Position numbers and translations under genes: made by a program. The notes under the pieces are model-generated. The model worked only from the letters and a program-made list of their open reading frames with translations. It did not search any database and was not told where the DNA came from. Positions 8,639-18,389 of a stretch of 64,000 nucleotides of DNA are shown in pieces. The number at the start of each line of letters is the position of its first letter. Positions within the stretch are counted from its first letter, which is position 1. Origin of the DNA: an uncultured bacterium. Its GTDB lineage: Bacteria; Babelota; Babeliae; Babelales; Babelaceae. Where the stretch lies: positions 48,430 through 112,429 of the forward strand of contig CAVQBR010000001.1 of assembly GCA_963710865.1 (NCBI GenBank), in the 5' to 3' direction.

Positions 8639-9871
8639 TCACTTTGAAAAATACCGCCACACTGCTACAATCACTTTAAAAACGAGAAAACAAATTACCG
8701 CCGCTATAGCAATTGGTATCAATAGCATTAGTATCAAAATTAAAAGCATACCAATATCTACACTATCGAAAGGTTCTGCGAACCATTTGCGAGGAACTTC
8801 CGGGTGAGCTTGATACAGTATTGTCCTAAATCTCCTAATATTACGAACATCTCCTCCCATCGTGTAGCTCTTGCTCAAAAGATGTTTCATCGTGGCTATC
8901 GAGAGCGAAGTTGGGTGAGATAGGATTATCGTACTAAGTGCATCCCAATCAATTTTCTCAGCGAACGCAAGTTTGTCAATAATCTTCTTCAAATCGTCAT
9001 TAGTAATATTTTTTGCGAGCCATTCTTTTGCTGCAGGCATTTCGCTCTCTTTAACCATAATTACCGCGACCTGTGACGGATCAAATTCAATAATCTCCTT
9101 CAATATTTTCTTGTCGAGAGGAGAATTTCTCTCTAATGCAGCAATCACGAAGTTACTCCTCGTAACACCAAGCCAGTCATTGGGAGCCTCCAGCATTTTC
9201 CAATGAGCTATATTTTCAGCAAACCATTCCTTCGCCCCAGGTATTGACTCGTGATTAGCGCTCCAACTAATTTGCCTCACGTGTGATTTATCATAGGCGA
9301 CAATCTTTTGTACTATTTCCTTGTCGAGAGGTAAGTTTCTCTTTAATGCAGTAATAACAATGGCGTCAAGAGTGGGGCTGAGAAGGTCCGGGGTCGTAAC
9401 TTGCCATAAATGGGCAGCAGCAGGAAGACCTGCGATATCAATGCAAATCAAAACTTCTGTTGTGGTTCTCTTGAACTTTTTCGCTAATGCTTCAGCAAAA
9501 GTGGGTAACAATAGCCTTACAACTCCTTCGTCAAGTTGCTTGAGACGCTTTGCCATATTATTCGTTACCATTGCCAAATCATCGCCCTGCACAGCCTGAC
9601 CTGCTTTAAGGGCTAACAGAGCTTGCCCTGGGTCTATTTGAAATTTCTCAGCTAGTTCTTGTGCTGCTAATTCTTGACTACCTTTTTGTCGCAGCTCCGT
9701 GAGATAGTTCGCAACAGTTAGAACTGCGTCAGCCATTTTTGCGTTTGCAACACCTGACCTACTTAGAATGCTATCGTTTACCCTTATCTTTAGACTGGGG
9801 TGCTCTGGTTGCTCGCCTAATAGCACGGTTGAACAGAGTCCAATTAATGTTAATAGAACTGCTTGCTTCAT
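8639..9871 (-). CDS. secreted, C-terminally membrane-anchored repeat protein (hypothetical)
   Basis: Signal peptide MKQAVLLTLIGLCSTVLLG and a C-terminal TM segment GMLLILILMLLIPIAIAAVICFLVFKVIV. It has two internal repeats of roughly 75 aa (ITALKRNLPLDKEIVQKIVAYD ... PGAKEWFAENI and IAALERNSPLDKKILKEIIEFD ... PAAKEWLAKNI). Confidence 0.6.
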   Translation of the reverse strand: MKQAVLLTLIGLCSTVLLGEQPEHPSLKIRVNDSILSRSGVANAKMADAVLTVANYLTELRQKGSQELAAQELAEKFQIDPGQALLALKAGQAVQGDDLAMVTNNMAKRLKQLDEGVVRLLLPTFAEALAKKFKRTTTEVLICIDIAGLPAAAHLWQVTTPDLLSPTLDAIVITALKRNLPLDKEIVQKIVAYDKSHVRQISWSANHESIPGAKEWFAENIAHWKMLEAPNDWLGVTRSNFVIAALERNSPLDKKILKEIIEFDPSQVAVIMVKESEMPAAKEWLAKNITNDDLKKIIDKLAFAEKIDWDALSTIILSHPTSLSIATMKHLLSKSYTMGGDVRNIRRFRTILYQAHPEVPRKWFAEPFDSVDIGMLLILILMLLIPIAIAAVICFLVFKVIVAVWRYFSK

Positions 9872-10031
9872 CTTCCCCTCTTTCCATGTGCTTAGAGCCC
9901 TCTTGTACTTAACTATGAGTATAATATTCGGACATGTTGATTGTAAACTATTTGCAAAGTAGATATTTTATACAAGAGCCAAAGCAATTCGACAGCTATT
10001 TAGGGAATGTCTTGAGTAGTTGCCCCTGACC

Positions 10032-11576
10032 TTACATTTGCCATACATGAATCGTCTTATTCTCAAACTGTTCGACACTTGATGAAATCTTCTCATCCCA
10101 AGACTTGTGAGGATCTCTATCAAACACAACAAGATGTCCTTCTGCACCCTTACTTATATCCATGTACTTGGCAGTTTGTGCAACTCCCTCGGGGACTGTG
10201 TGTGCACCATACGAAAGCTTTACTTCAATAACAATCCGCTGTTTTTTCCAAACAACGAGAAGATCCAAATGCTTGTTCCCATAGGCATATTCTCGTCTGA
10301 CATCTCCCCCACCGTTAACAATACGTTGTAACCAAGCCATGAGCACAAAATGTGGCCCAGATTCCTTGTAGTCATTATTTTTGAGCATATCGTAGGAGTT
10401 TTCACGGTAGAATTGCGTAAAGCGCTCAAAAAGCTTATGCATATCTAAGTTTCCCGACTCATCCAGATAGAACAAGGTCTTTTCAGGTAACATCGATTGC
10501 ATGACATACGTAAGTTCTCGAGGTATAACTTCTTGATAGATAGGATTAGCAATGCGAAATTCATCTTGCTTAATGAGCCCCAAATCACGGGTATATTGAA
10601 TATCTTCTATGCTAAAAGGTTCAGATGCTTTTCCGCCAATAATGGCATCGATAATCGTTCTGACACGCTTATCATGTAAGCGATGATAGAGTGCATCGAG
10701 ATGCGTATCTCGTCTTAAAATGAGAGTTTTCTTTGCCCTTTCGACAACTTCGACAGTAATAGGCTTAGTTCTATCTGTAACATCTCTAAAACAAGCTTCA
10801 AAAGCAATCGCATTAACAAGCCATGGTTGTCCTTGAGTAAGCTGAAAAGCAAATTCTATTGCATCTTGAGTGAAGATTTGACCAGTTGCTTCGGTGTGTT
10901 GTAAATAGAGTGCAGCTATTTCCTCTTTTGAAAAATCAGCTAAACGGATCGATTCTGCAGTAATATTAAATGGACTATCGTCCGAATTTTGATTGCTCTC
11001 TTGCTTAGATTTAACTTTGTAATCTCTTAAGTCACGAAGGCCAATAAGTACCATAGAATGAGGAAAATCACCTGGTCGATCGGGAAATCCGGTACATACT
11101 TGCTTGAAAAATGAAATAAGTGGCTCTTCGGTAAGCCCATCAACCTCATCAAAAAAAAGGATCAGTTGCTTGGCGCTTTCTTGAGACCAAAAGGTTAAGA
11201 AATCGAGAAAAGCATTTTCAGGAAACGGCTTACTCTTGAGCAAAGTGGTTATATAATTTAACACTTTCTTTTCTTCGGGAAACTGCAACTTCAGGCCTCT
11301 TTGACAGTTCTCAAGAATGGCAATGAATGTTTGCTCAACGGTTGGTTTTTTATGACCAGGCTCAAAGGAAAGGTAAAATGCCGTATAGCTCTCCTTTGCA
11401 TTGAGATAGTTTATGTATTCTTTTATCCCAGATGTTTTGCCACTCTGCCGTGGTGCATAGAGCACGCAATAAAATCCACTCTTAATATAAGAATCAAAAC
11501 GATTCCAATCTAATCGTTTCGGAAGATAATAATTTTTAACCGGGTCTATAGGACCGGCAATACAGAACTCTTTCAA
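10032..11576 (-). CDS. AAA-like ATPase with a C-terminal PD-(D/E)XK nuclease-like domain
   Basis: Walker A in LYAPRQSGKTS, Walker B in LILFFDEVDGL. The C-terminal segment GPHFVLMAWLQRIV ... HLDLLVVWKKQRIVIEVKL resembles a restriction-endonuclease-fold D ... E.K core. Confidence 0.8.
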   Translation of the reverse strand: MKEFCIAGPIDPVKNYYLPKRLDWNRFDSYIKSGFYCVLYAPRQSGKTSGIKEYINYLNAKESYTAFYLSFEPGHKKPTVEQTFIAILENCQRGLKLQFPEEKKVLNYITTLLKSKPFPENAFLDFLTFWSQESAKQLILFFDEVDGLTEEPLISFFKQVCTGFPDRPGDFPHSMVLIGLRDLRDYKVKSKQESNQNSDDSPFNITAESIRLADFSKEEIAALYLQHTEATGQIFTQDAIEFAFQLTQGQPWLVNAIAFEACFRDVTDRTKPITVEVVERAKKTLILRRDTHLDALYHRLHDKRVRTIIDAIIGGKASEPFSIEDIQYTRDLGLIKQDEFRIANPIYQEVIPRELTYVMQSMLPEKTLFYLDESGNLDMHKLFERFTQFYRENSYDMLKNNDYKESGPHFVLMAWLQRIVNGGGDVRREYAYGNKHLDLLVVWKKQRIVIEVKLSYGAHTVPEGVAQTAKYMDISKGAEGHLVVFDRDPHKSWDEKISSSVEQFENKTIHVWQM

Positions 11577-12113
11577 GTGCGCCTTTTGTCAGTTACTATG
11601 ATGCATCATGCATTCTTCTCCATAAGCACGGAAGCTAGCCCTTGAGAGGACGGAGGAACTGTACCATTTGAACGCTCTAAGCTTTAGAATCCTGAGAGGA
11701 GTGAGTATGATAGAAAGATACCATAACGTGCGGGGCATAGCAAACTTTCAGACTGGATACATCAGCTGATCCAGCAGCAATGAACAAAGTCTACTTCTCT
11801 ACCTCAATAGCATATGCAGCTACCGTAGAAGATAACATTAGAAATAAGCTTATTCATTTTCCAAATCCGAAAATCATGAGATTGGCCTGCAGTAAGCAAA
11901 GAAGCACAGAATTGATCGAGAGACTCAGCGTAAGTAAGCATAGTATGAAGCTAGCGTTTACGATTAGCTCATGAGCACGGTGGATAAAACATGCTGATTA
12001 TGATGCCCCAAATAATTACAGATCACTTTGATCTAGAGCACTCTATAATCATTTGGGAAAGCAATTGATTCTGACGAAATACCCTTAGAACATACTAGCA
12101 GTTCTACAGAGCG

Positions 12114-14024
12114 TTATTTTTCAACTGTAGCAGCCTGTGCATCTAATAAAAGATTGACTATGGCACTGCGATTCTTACGAATTGCAATACCCAAAGGTGA
12201 AACTCCCTTACAGAGGGTTTCAGTCTTAGCACCATGCCGTAAGAGTATAACAACCACACCCAAATGACCTTTCTGGCAAGCAATAAACAATGGAGTTTTT
12301 CCATTGACCGCACAAACTTTCTCAAGATCCGCGCCTTTGGACAAAAGTAGACCAACAACCTCCTCATGACCCTCTTGTGATGCAAGATATAAAGCTGATG
12401 TATCATTCACTGTCTCGTTCACATTCCAAGGTTCAGCACAAGCGGAAACTCTATCTGCCCTGCCATGATAAGAGTCAGATACCAAGCTACGCGCTTCTTT
12501 CATTATCTGCGTCTTAAGATCGGCATGAAGCTTCTTTCTTCTAGTAAGTTGTGCAGCATGCAGTAATTTAACTATCTCATGATATTCCTTTAACTCAGCT
12601 ATGAGAAGCGGTGTACATCCTCGGTATGGAATTTCCGGATTGGCACCTGCTTGTAATAAGCACTTTACAACAGCGGCGTGGCGATTGTACGTAGCTATAC
12701 TGAGCGGTGTAGCCCCGCGAAGCTCCTTATTTACCGAAGCTCTCGCTCGTAAAAGCAGCTTAACTATCTCCAGATTTCCATTTGCAGATGCAATATGCAA
12801 GAGATGAGGTACTTTATTAACTATATCCGGGTTTATGAGAGCAGTAAGATCGTCAAACTTCCCCTTTGAAACGAGATCAATAATACGATAGCTTGTCAGC
12901 ATCCTTGCCACATGGTTATGTCCACCTTGTAGAGCTATTTCTTCTGGAGTTAAGCCATTGCACGAATTGTCAGCCCGAGCACCAGCTTGCAATAATAGTA
13001 TCACGAGTTCGATGGAGCCTAACTCCGCAGCTCTAAAAAGTGGAGTTTTTCCATTGCATAGTACTTCTTTGTTAGCTCGTGCTTCTAAGAGTGTTTTTAC
13101 TACTTGAATATGACCTTGTTCGATAGCAAAATAGAGTGAAGTACGTCCACTATGCGAAGCCTCAATTCGCGCACCATTGCTTATGAGCAGTTTCACCACC
13201 TGAGCGTAACCCAAGTATGATGCTACGATCAAGGGAACTGATCCCTGCGATAGTTTCTCAGGATCAGCGCCCTTAGACAGAAGAAGAGCAACTACATCTG
13301 CATGACCATGCTGTGCGGCGAGATATAAGGGTGTAAACCCATCGCTTTCTAGATTTACGTTCCAAGCAGATACAATCTTTTCAACCAAAGAAAGATCTCC
13401 AACACGAGCAGCATGCGCCAACTCATCAATATGACGAGATACGCGCATTCTTAACTGTTGAGTATGTTTTTGACGAAGTACGGGGACTACTTGATTATAA
13501 TCTAACAATGTGGTGGAATCATCCTGCTCGTCTAAAGGCCCTCTCTCAGGAATTGTACCAGCCAACAACACTTCTGCGATATCAGAGTACTCAAGAAATA
13601 GGGCAAGGTTTAAAGGCGTTATCATACCCAGAACGTCAGGATCAAACCATAAAAAGTTTTTGTCTGCACCCGCATTTAATAAACATCTAACAATATCAGC
13701 GGAGCGTGCTCGCACCGCCACATGCAATGGATTCTGGAGCAAAGATCCTTTATGAACATCTACCCCAAAATCTATTAAAATCTGCACAGCGCGACTCTTA
13801 TTTTGGGCAATCATCTGCAAGAGAAGCTCCTTACCAGAATCACTTTCCAGTCGCGACAGGTAGTCAGGGTTACTTTCTATACGAAGGCATTTTGCTTCAT
13901 CTGACTCTGTTGATATTAAAAGTTCATACAAATAATCCGGGTGATGCATTGTTTGCATCTGCATCCCATTTATACTATAAGTAACCAACAGAAGCAGAGC
14001 TCCTTTTTTTATCCTATCAAGCAT
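12114..14024 (-). CDS. ankyrin-repeat protein with N-terminal signal peptide (636 aa)
   Basis: Many tandem units of about 33 aa of the type G.TPL..A...GH..VV..LL..GA. Hydrophobic N-terminus MLDRIKKGALLLLVTYSING. Confidence 0.9.
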   Translation of the reverse strand: MLDRIKKGALLLLVTYSINGMQMQTMHHPDYLYELLISTESDEAKCLRIESNPDYLSRLESDSGKELLLQMIAQNKSRAVQILIDFGVDVHKGSLLQNPLHVAVRARSADIVRCLLNAGADKNFLWFDPDVLGMITPLNLALFLEYSDIAEVLLAGTIPERGPLDEQDDSTTLLDYNQVVPVLRQKHTQQLRMRVSRHIDELAHAARVGDLSLVEKIVSAWNVNLESDGFTPLYLAAQHGHADVVALLLSKGADPEKLSQGSVPLIVASYLGYAQVVKLLISNGARIEASHSGRTSLYFAIEQGHIQVVKTLLEARANKEVLCNGKTPLFRAAELGSIELVILLLQAGARADNSCNGLTPEEIALQGGHNHVARMLTSYRIIDLVSKGKFDDLTALINPDIVNKVPHLLHIASANGNLEIVKLLLRARASVNKELRGATPLSIATYNRHAAVVKCLLQAGANPEIPYRGCTPLLIAELKEYHEIVKLLHAAQLTRRKKLHADLKTQIMKEARSLVSDSYHGRADRVSACAEPWNVNETVNDTSALYLASQEGHEEVVGLLLSKGADLEKVCAVNGKTPLFIACQKGHLGVVVILLRHGAKTETLCKGVSPLGIAIRKNRSAIVNLLLDAQAATVEK

Positions 14025-14392
14025 TGGTATCTCATTTTTGTATTTGATTTATAAGTACATAGGGGCATCTTTTGGGGGTAGCTTAAGCTGCAGCAAGCAT
14101 AGCACAATAGAAATGTTTTCGCAATCCAGCCCCTATCTTAGCGCTATTCATTAATCAAAAAAAGTGCGGCTTGTGCAAGATCGGCTTCTTTTTTAAGATC
14201 GAATTCTCATCATCAGCGGTGACCTGGCCAGTGAAGACTGCACAATGAGGGTAAGAGCGTTATATGGTTAATCTTACTTACTCTCAACTGCGGCAGTTGT
14301 AGCTTTCTGCTCGTCGGTAAACTAGACTGAAGGTAGAAAAACGCGGGTATAGTGTTTTCAAAAAAATCATAATACCATCCCCGAGCGGAAAC

Positions 14393-14416
14393 GCCCTCCG
14401 CTACTTAACGGAGGGC
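14393..14416 (-). terminator. hairpin immediately downstream of the beta-helix gene stop
   Basis: GCCCTCCG-CTACTTAA-CGGAGGGC (8-bp stem), 14 nt after the stop at 14431..14433. The paralogous copy at 19947..19971 keeps the pairing through compensatory changes. Confidence 0.55.
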
Positions 14417-14430
14417 GAGAATATCGAGGG

Positions 14431-17400
14431 TTAGGACGCAGGAAGCAACTGAGTTGCTTGAATTCCCCAACCATTTACAACAGCTGCCCATTCTCCGGTA
14501 CTCCAAATAATTAAATCATTACTTGGATCTGGAGCTAAGGATGACAGATCTCCCCAACGTTGGCCAATGTTCGCATTTAGGTAAGCGTTGAGTGGTCCAA
14601 CATTATACGGATTACTCGTATTATTGGTAATCAAAACAGGATCTCGCAACGTACCAAGTGGATCCGAGGCCTTTCGTCCGGCATAAAAGACATTCGTATA
14701 GTCATTGTTACCAGATACTGTTCCCTCGATAACAAGATCACCATTCTTATTGGTCATGATAGCTGGAATGTAATAAAACTTTGGGTTATCTGTTATGGCA
14801 GTATCAAAGACCGTACCCCATTGTACCAATGCGGGACAGGTTGTCTCTGTTTCAATACCACACCCATTACCTGTAGGATCACCAGTTAGATCAAATTGAT
14901 ACCAACGCACACCGACTCGGTCTCCGGCAGGATTTCCTGTTCCAGTACTATCAACTTGAATGTTATGACAAACATACAACTGTTTATTGCGCACATGAGG
15001 GGCTTTTAATGCACTAGAGCTTGTTTGTAAATACATAGCATTGACATTGCCAGGAGGAAGCTCGAGGGTCGTATAGAGATTGCCCGCATGAGGAGCATTT
15101 GCAGGATCAGTATAATTAGGAACATCTAAAAGAATCTGTTGTCCAAGAGTTGGTTGAGCCGATCCTGGGTTAAGAATGCGATAGAAAAAGAGTTGATTAT
15201 AGGTACAGCATTCTGTCGGAGTACTGGGGGGCGGACAAAAGGGAACTATGTTTGGTAGGCAAGGATATTCAAATGCTACAGCATTTATAAGATACCCAAA
15301 TTCGGCATCCGGATCAAAATTATCCGCCGGAGGAGTAAATGCAGAGATATTTGCTAATATTCCCGGGATTACGGTAAATGCTGGAGAGGTATTACCTGTT
15401 ATTATAGCGCTGTTAGGAATAACCAGCGTTGAAGTACCAAGGAAAGCACCAGTAGTAGCATCAAATGTATCCATGCTAATGTAAACAGCATTTACATCGG
15501 TTGCTAATTGTTGGTAATCAAGAGGCGCAGGGCCATCAGCTGGAATGTTTTGAGGAACCAATTGCTCATTAGTAAACGTAACAACAGTCCACACTGTCTC
15601 AGAAGTTATCACACCAGAATCGCTCCAAGCAATAATGAGCTCTGAAGGATAGCCAATATTCATATTTTCAGCACTCAAGATCCACCGGTCAAGGAAGCGG
15701 CTGTAAGTGATACGAGGATCCCCTATAGATGCTCCCAAAAAGCTAGACCCATCAATATTAAGGACACCATCTGGTTTTCCTGTAGCTTTATCAAAACTAC
15801 GAATAACACTATAGGAGAACATAATATACTGCTGAGGACCAACCGACCCAGTTAAGTTTTGATCTCCTCGCGCATCAAAAGGCTGGACAGTGTTACTTAC
15901 TGTAGCAGCTTCAAAGTTTAAACCAAGCGTTTGTGCGGGGATTGCATTCGTTGGCCAGCTTGCCCTTGGAGAGTACAGCGTCGGAGATTGTTTTTGGACA
16001 CCGCTATCTGATGCTTTACGAGGCTTGGACTTCCTATGTCTTCTCTCAAAAGCAGATTCTTTAACCATAGAAATGAGCTGCTCTCTTGTTACGGGTTGAC
16101 TTTGATTCTCATCCGATAACCCTATGCTATTACCAAGCGCTCCTCCTAAAGCACCATTGAGACCTATCTGTATCCCATTTCCTCCGTTTGGCAACGGCTG
16201 CGTCCCGGTACAATCTGTGCCAATATAATTAGCTGTAATGAGATTACCCGTGGTATTAGGCGTACCATACAAGAGAATACCACCCGCACGATTACCTGAA
16301 ATGACATTCTGCTGACCCGAAGTGCCTCCTATAGTATTTTGGCCATCATTGACTTCAATACCATAGTAGTTGTTCGCAAGCGCTCTGCTCCCGCTCACAT
16401 CGGTGCCAATTAAATTGCACTGCACAACATTAAGTGTTGAGCCTGGTGTTTTGACATCTCCTAGAGAGATGCCAGAGCCGTTACCCGAGATCACATTGCT
16501 TATAAGACTATTCGATCCTGCTCCGAGGAGTATTATCCCCTTATTAGCATTGCCCAACGGTTTTGTTCCTGTAACATCTGTACCTATATAATTTCCTTGA
16601 ATAGTAGTCTGAACACTGTTTCTAAGACGAATGCCCACCATGGACTGTCCTGAGATTAGATTCCTTTCGAAATCATTCGATCCACCTACAATATCATCAA
16701 AATCAAGGCGCAAGTGTAGACCGACTTGGCTCGTACCAAGTGAGACAGTACCGGTTCTATCAACTCCAATGTAATTATTTTGAATGAGCGTTCCTACATT
16801 GAAGAGTGAATTAATACACCCACCACCAACGCTGTAGGAATCGTCTACATCCCATCCAAAACTGCCAGCAATAAGATTACGATCTGCACACAAGGGCGTT
16901 CCTATCTGGACATTGGTACAATATGTGTTAATTGCACCGGCCAAACCAACTCCAGTGCGATTCGCCATTACCAATGTACCGCTTGCGTCTGTCCCTATAA
17001 AACAACCAAGAATCTGCACGTTGCTGATGTTGGCATTGGAAGCATCAAGTAAAATACCACTCGCAAGCCATTGATTAATAACTAATCCTCGAACTATTGA
17101 CCCATCAACAGATGTGTTTGCAAGAGGAGCAAAATGCAATCCATTACCGGTAACGTACCCATCGCCCGTAGTATAGTTGTTACCATTAAGCACAATAGTA
17201 AGAACTGCACTATCACCTTGAGCCCTCGTATTAACTGCTGAACCCGGTTGGGTATATCCATCGATAGTTACCTGTTGTGTAATAGAATCTAAATCCTGCA
17301 CTGGCTGTATGGTCCAGGTATTTGTGGCAGAATCGTATCCAGGGTCAGATGTCGCAATATTAAAACTGATCGTATCGCCCGTTCCTGCACCTGCATTTAC

Positions 17401-17562
17401 TTGCTGAATTGCCCAGCGCAATGTTCCGACCGGTGGAGTGAGCGCATCTGCTGTTGAAGTAACTTGATACGTTACTGCATGAAGTGGCAACAGGGTTGCA
17501 CACATGAGGCCACAGGCAAGAGCCGCTCGCGACCAAACAGTTTTATACATGTATAATTTCAT
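14431..17562 (-). CDS. large secreted protein: N-terminal right-handed parallel beta-helix repeats plus a C-terminal propeller-like domain
   Basis: The likely start is the ATG at 17562 (AAGGAG 5 nt upstream; MKLYMYKTVWSRAALACGLMCATLLPLHA signal). N-terminus: VTSTADALTPPVGTLRWAIQQVN ... TISFNI ... VTIDGYTQPG, then many N.I.GN...GI/IG.D..G repeats. C-terminal half: DPRITYSRFLDRW ... QRWGDLSSLAPDPSNDLIIW. Confidence 0.85.
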   Translation of the reverse strand: MKLYMYKTVWSRAALACGLMCATLLPLHAVTYQVTSTADALTPPVGTLRWAIQQVNAGAGTGDTISFNIATSDPGYDSATNTWTIQPVQDLDSITQQVTIDGYTQPGSAVNTRAQGDSAVLTIVLNGNNYTTGDGYVTGNGLHFAPLANTSVDGSIVRGLVINQWLASGILLDASNANISNVQILGCFIGTDASGTLVMANRTGVGLAGAINTYCTNVQIGTPLCADRNLIAGSFGWDVDDSYSVGGGCINSLFNVGTLIQNNYIGVDRTGTVSLGTSQVGLHLRLDFDDIVGGSNDFERNLISGQSMVGIRLRNSVQTTIQGNYIGTDVTGTKPLGNANKGIILLGAGSNSLISNVISGNGSGISLGDVKTPGSTLNVVQCNLIGTDVSGSRALANNYYGIEVNDGQNTIGGTSGQQNVISGNRAGGILLYGTPNTTGNLITANYIGTDCTGTQPLPNGGNGIQIGLNGALGGALGNSIGLSDENQSQPVTREQLISMVKESAFERRHRKSKPRKASDSGVQKQSPTLYSPRASWPTNAIPAQTLGLNFEAATVSNTVQPFDARGDQNLTGSVGPQQYIMFSYSVIRSFDKATGKPDGVLNIDGSSFLGASIGDPRITYSRFLDRWILSAENMNIGYPSELIIAWSDSGVITSETVWTVVTFTNEQLVPQNIPADGPAPLDYQQLATDVNAVYISMDTFDATTGAFLGTSTLVIPNSAIITGNTSPAFTVIPGILANISAFTPPADNFDPDAEFGYLINAVAFEYPCLPNIVPFCPPPSTPTECCTYNQLFFYRILNPGSAQPTLGQQILLDVPNYTDPANAPHAGNLYTTLELPPGNVNAMYLQTSSSALKAPHVRNKQLYVCHNIQVDSTGTGNPAGDRVGVRWYQFDLTGDPTGNGCGIETETTCPALVQWGTVFDTAITDNPKFYYIPAIMTNKNGDLVIEGTVSGNNDYTNVFYAGRKASDPLGTLRDPVLITNNTSNPYNVGPLNAYLNANIGQRWGDLSSLAPDPSNDLIIWSTGEWAAVVNGWGIQATQLLPAS

Positions 17563-18389
17563 AACTTCTCCTTTGAAAAATAATAAACACTTCATTACAC
17601 TATCTACTTCGCTTTCAGAGCTCTCATCCAATCAATCTACCCTTCTTAAAAGCTCCATACAAAAAGCATACTCATTCCTACACTCGAAGATCAAGAGATT
17701 GTTTGTTGAATAAGCAAAGAATTGAAGAGAAAGCGATTTATTTGAAAGAATTCCGCTCTGTATGACCGAGGCTAACAAGAACAGTCAACGTATTGCGCAC
17801 CCTGCTTACCAGCCTGAAATAGTCCGCATCAGATCCCAAGGGAAGGATCAAGATTTTCAGAATATTTTCTTTCGTTTTCTGCGAGCTCAGAAAGCATAGA
17901 AGTACGACCTCGGTTCACCAGCTGAGGTAGCCGAACATAGAATGTAAAAAGGAGTTCATAGTATACAAAATACAAGGGGTGCAGCGACATGAAAAACCTG
18001 ATTAACACGATATTTTAAGTTTTCAAATCCGTCGAAAATAAAGCCTTTAAGGTATCGAATGCCATCCCCAGTACAAGACAAGCCACACAAATACTTCACC
18101 ATATCAGCCATTCCGAATGCCAGCAATACAACGCAATGTGCTCCCGCTGTTTTTTTAGCGATAGTGCCTGGCAATCTCCTAAACCTAGCAATTGCTTGCT
18201 CGTTCGAAATAGTCGCTCAATTGGCCATCGCAACAAATAATTAAATAAGCAATTTCATATTCGCCAGAGGAGTTTTTGCTTTTCGTTGCAATCAAATAAC
18301 GCCATTTTCGGTTCAAGAGTACCTTGAATTGTTTTTTTCGGGTATTTCTAGTGAGCCTTACTCCTGGGTGGTCTTTGATTTTTTTTAGA

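Larger units (their letters stand above)
12805..17952. repeat. unit 1 of a tandem segmental duplication (ankyrin 5-prime two-thirds + beta-helix gene + upstream region)
   Basis: By eye, colinear nucleotide similarity to 18390..23570. It starts at GAGGTACTTT.TTAACTAT.TCCGGGTTTAT and ends near GAATGT.AAAAGG. Confidence 0.8.

Noticed and set aside
17956-18244. ORFs 17956..18174 (minus) and 18059..18244 (plus) in the spacer between the two duplication units
   Set aside because: They overlap each other on opposite strands, lack a clear RBS, and show no motif or paralog. They are probably junction debris, so no feature is called.
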